Source: Octopus sinensis
Lineage: Eukaryota
Reading direction: 5' to 3'
Assembly (NCBI RefSeq): GCF_006345805.1
Contig: NC_042998.1
Location: 89,032,001-89,096,000 of the forward strand
DNA: 64,000 nucleotides
Both the position numbers and the translations under genes were made by a program. The notes below the pieces were generated by a model. It ran no database searches. It was not told where the DNA came from and saw only the letters and a list, made by a program, of their open reading frames with translations. Below, in pieces: positions 63,472 to 64,000 of the stretch (its first letter is position 1; each line of letters starts with the position of its first letter).

Positions 63472-64000
63472 CTTTCTACTAAATAATAACGACGAGTTAT
63501 CACTTCTACCTCTATCCTAGTCTCTACCATTTGAAGCTCATCCACTCTATGTATATGAAATTAACAACTTACCGTATTTACGTTTTATTTTATATACTGT
63601 AATAACGATTAGTCTTTTTAGATATATATATTTGCAAACTTTATACATTCATAAAATGTTTACAGTATTTTCTGTAATTAGTTTACTACTTGAATTCATA
63701 TTCAGCGTCTAGTGGATATTTTTCCAATATCGTTCATGTATACAATAAATGGTTAACTCGAATAATTGGCTAAAACGAGCACCTTTCTTGTCTCTTAGTA
63801 ATTTGTTTATTAGTAAAGTTTAATGAGGTTAATTTTGATTAGTTTACCACTGTAATATTCAGTTCTACAAGGTAGAGAATATCGGAAAGACCTAATTGGT
63901 TTTGAGATTTATTGCTGGTAGAATCTGTATGTTTAGGTATAACACTGGTTGTATTTGTAAATTTAAATACATGCACACGAATATTCATACATTTTCCCAT

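Overview
AT-rich, microsatellite-dense eukaryotic genomic DNA. It is most likely from an octopod cephalopod, inferred from recalled SINE families and not verified by search. I see no prokaryotic genes, rRNA, true tRNA or CRISPR, and no host protein that I can name. The window is a transposon graveyard. It holds at least three tRNA-headed SINE families with swappable tails, a Penelope-like (PLE) reverse-transcriptase fossil, and a head-to-tail stack of R4/Dong (RLE) LINE fragments abutting (CATA)n/(TA)n tracts. It also holds an ORF1-only L1/Tx1-like element nested in a Helentron-type (HINE-like) element, an RTE-like LINE 3' end with three C2H2-like fingers, mariner, Tc1 and Tigger fossils, a non-autonomous Helitron, and many fold-back inverted repeats. 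The standout is 41.36-43.52 kb, a near-identical tandem pair of 1,086-bp units. Each unit carries a PLE GIY-YIG endonuclease remnant between 156-bp inverted arms, and each arm contains a complete type I hammerhead ribozyme motif. That gives four hammerheads, two per strand, spaced exactly one unit apart, so either strand could in principle be processed into a unit-length, circularisable RNA. Two plus-strand candidate exons (6641-6712, signal-peptide-like; 57097-57234) and an apparent minus-strand bias of retro-insertions hint that much of the window is intronic to an unidentified plus-strand gene. Most ORF-track entries are microsatellite or antisense artefacts. Element boundaries were read by eye and are approximate unless a motif is quoted.
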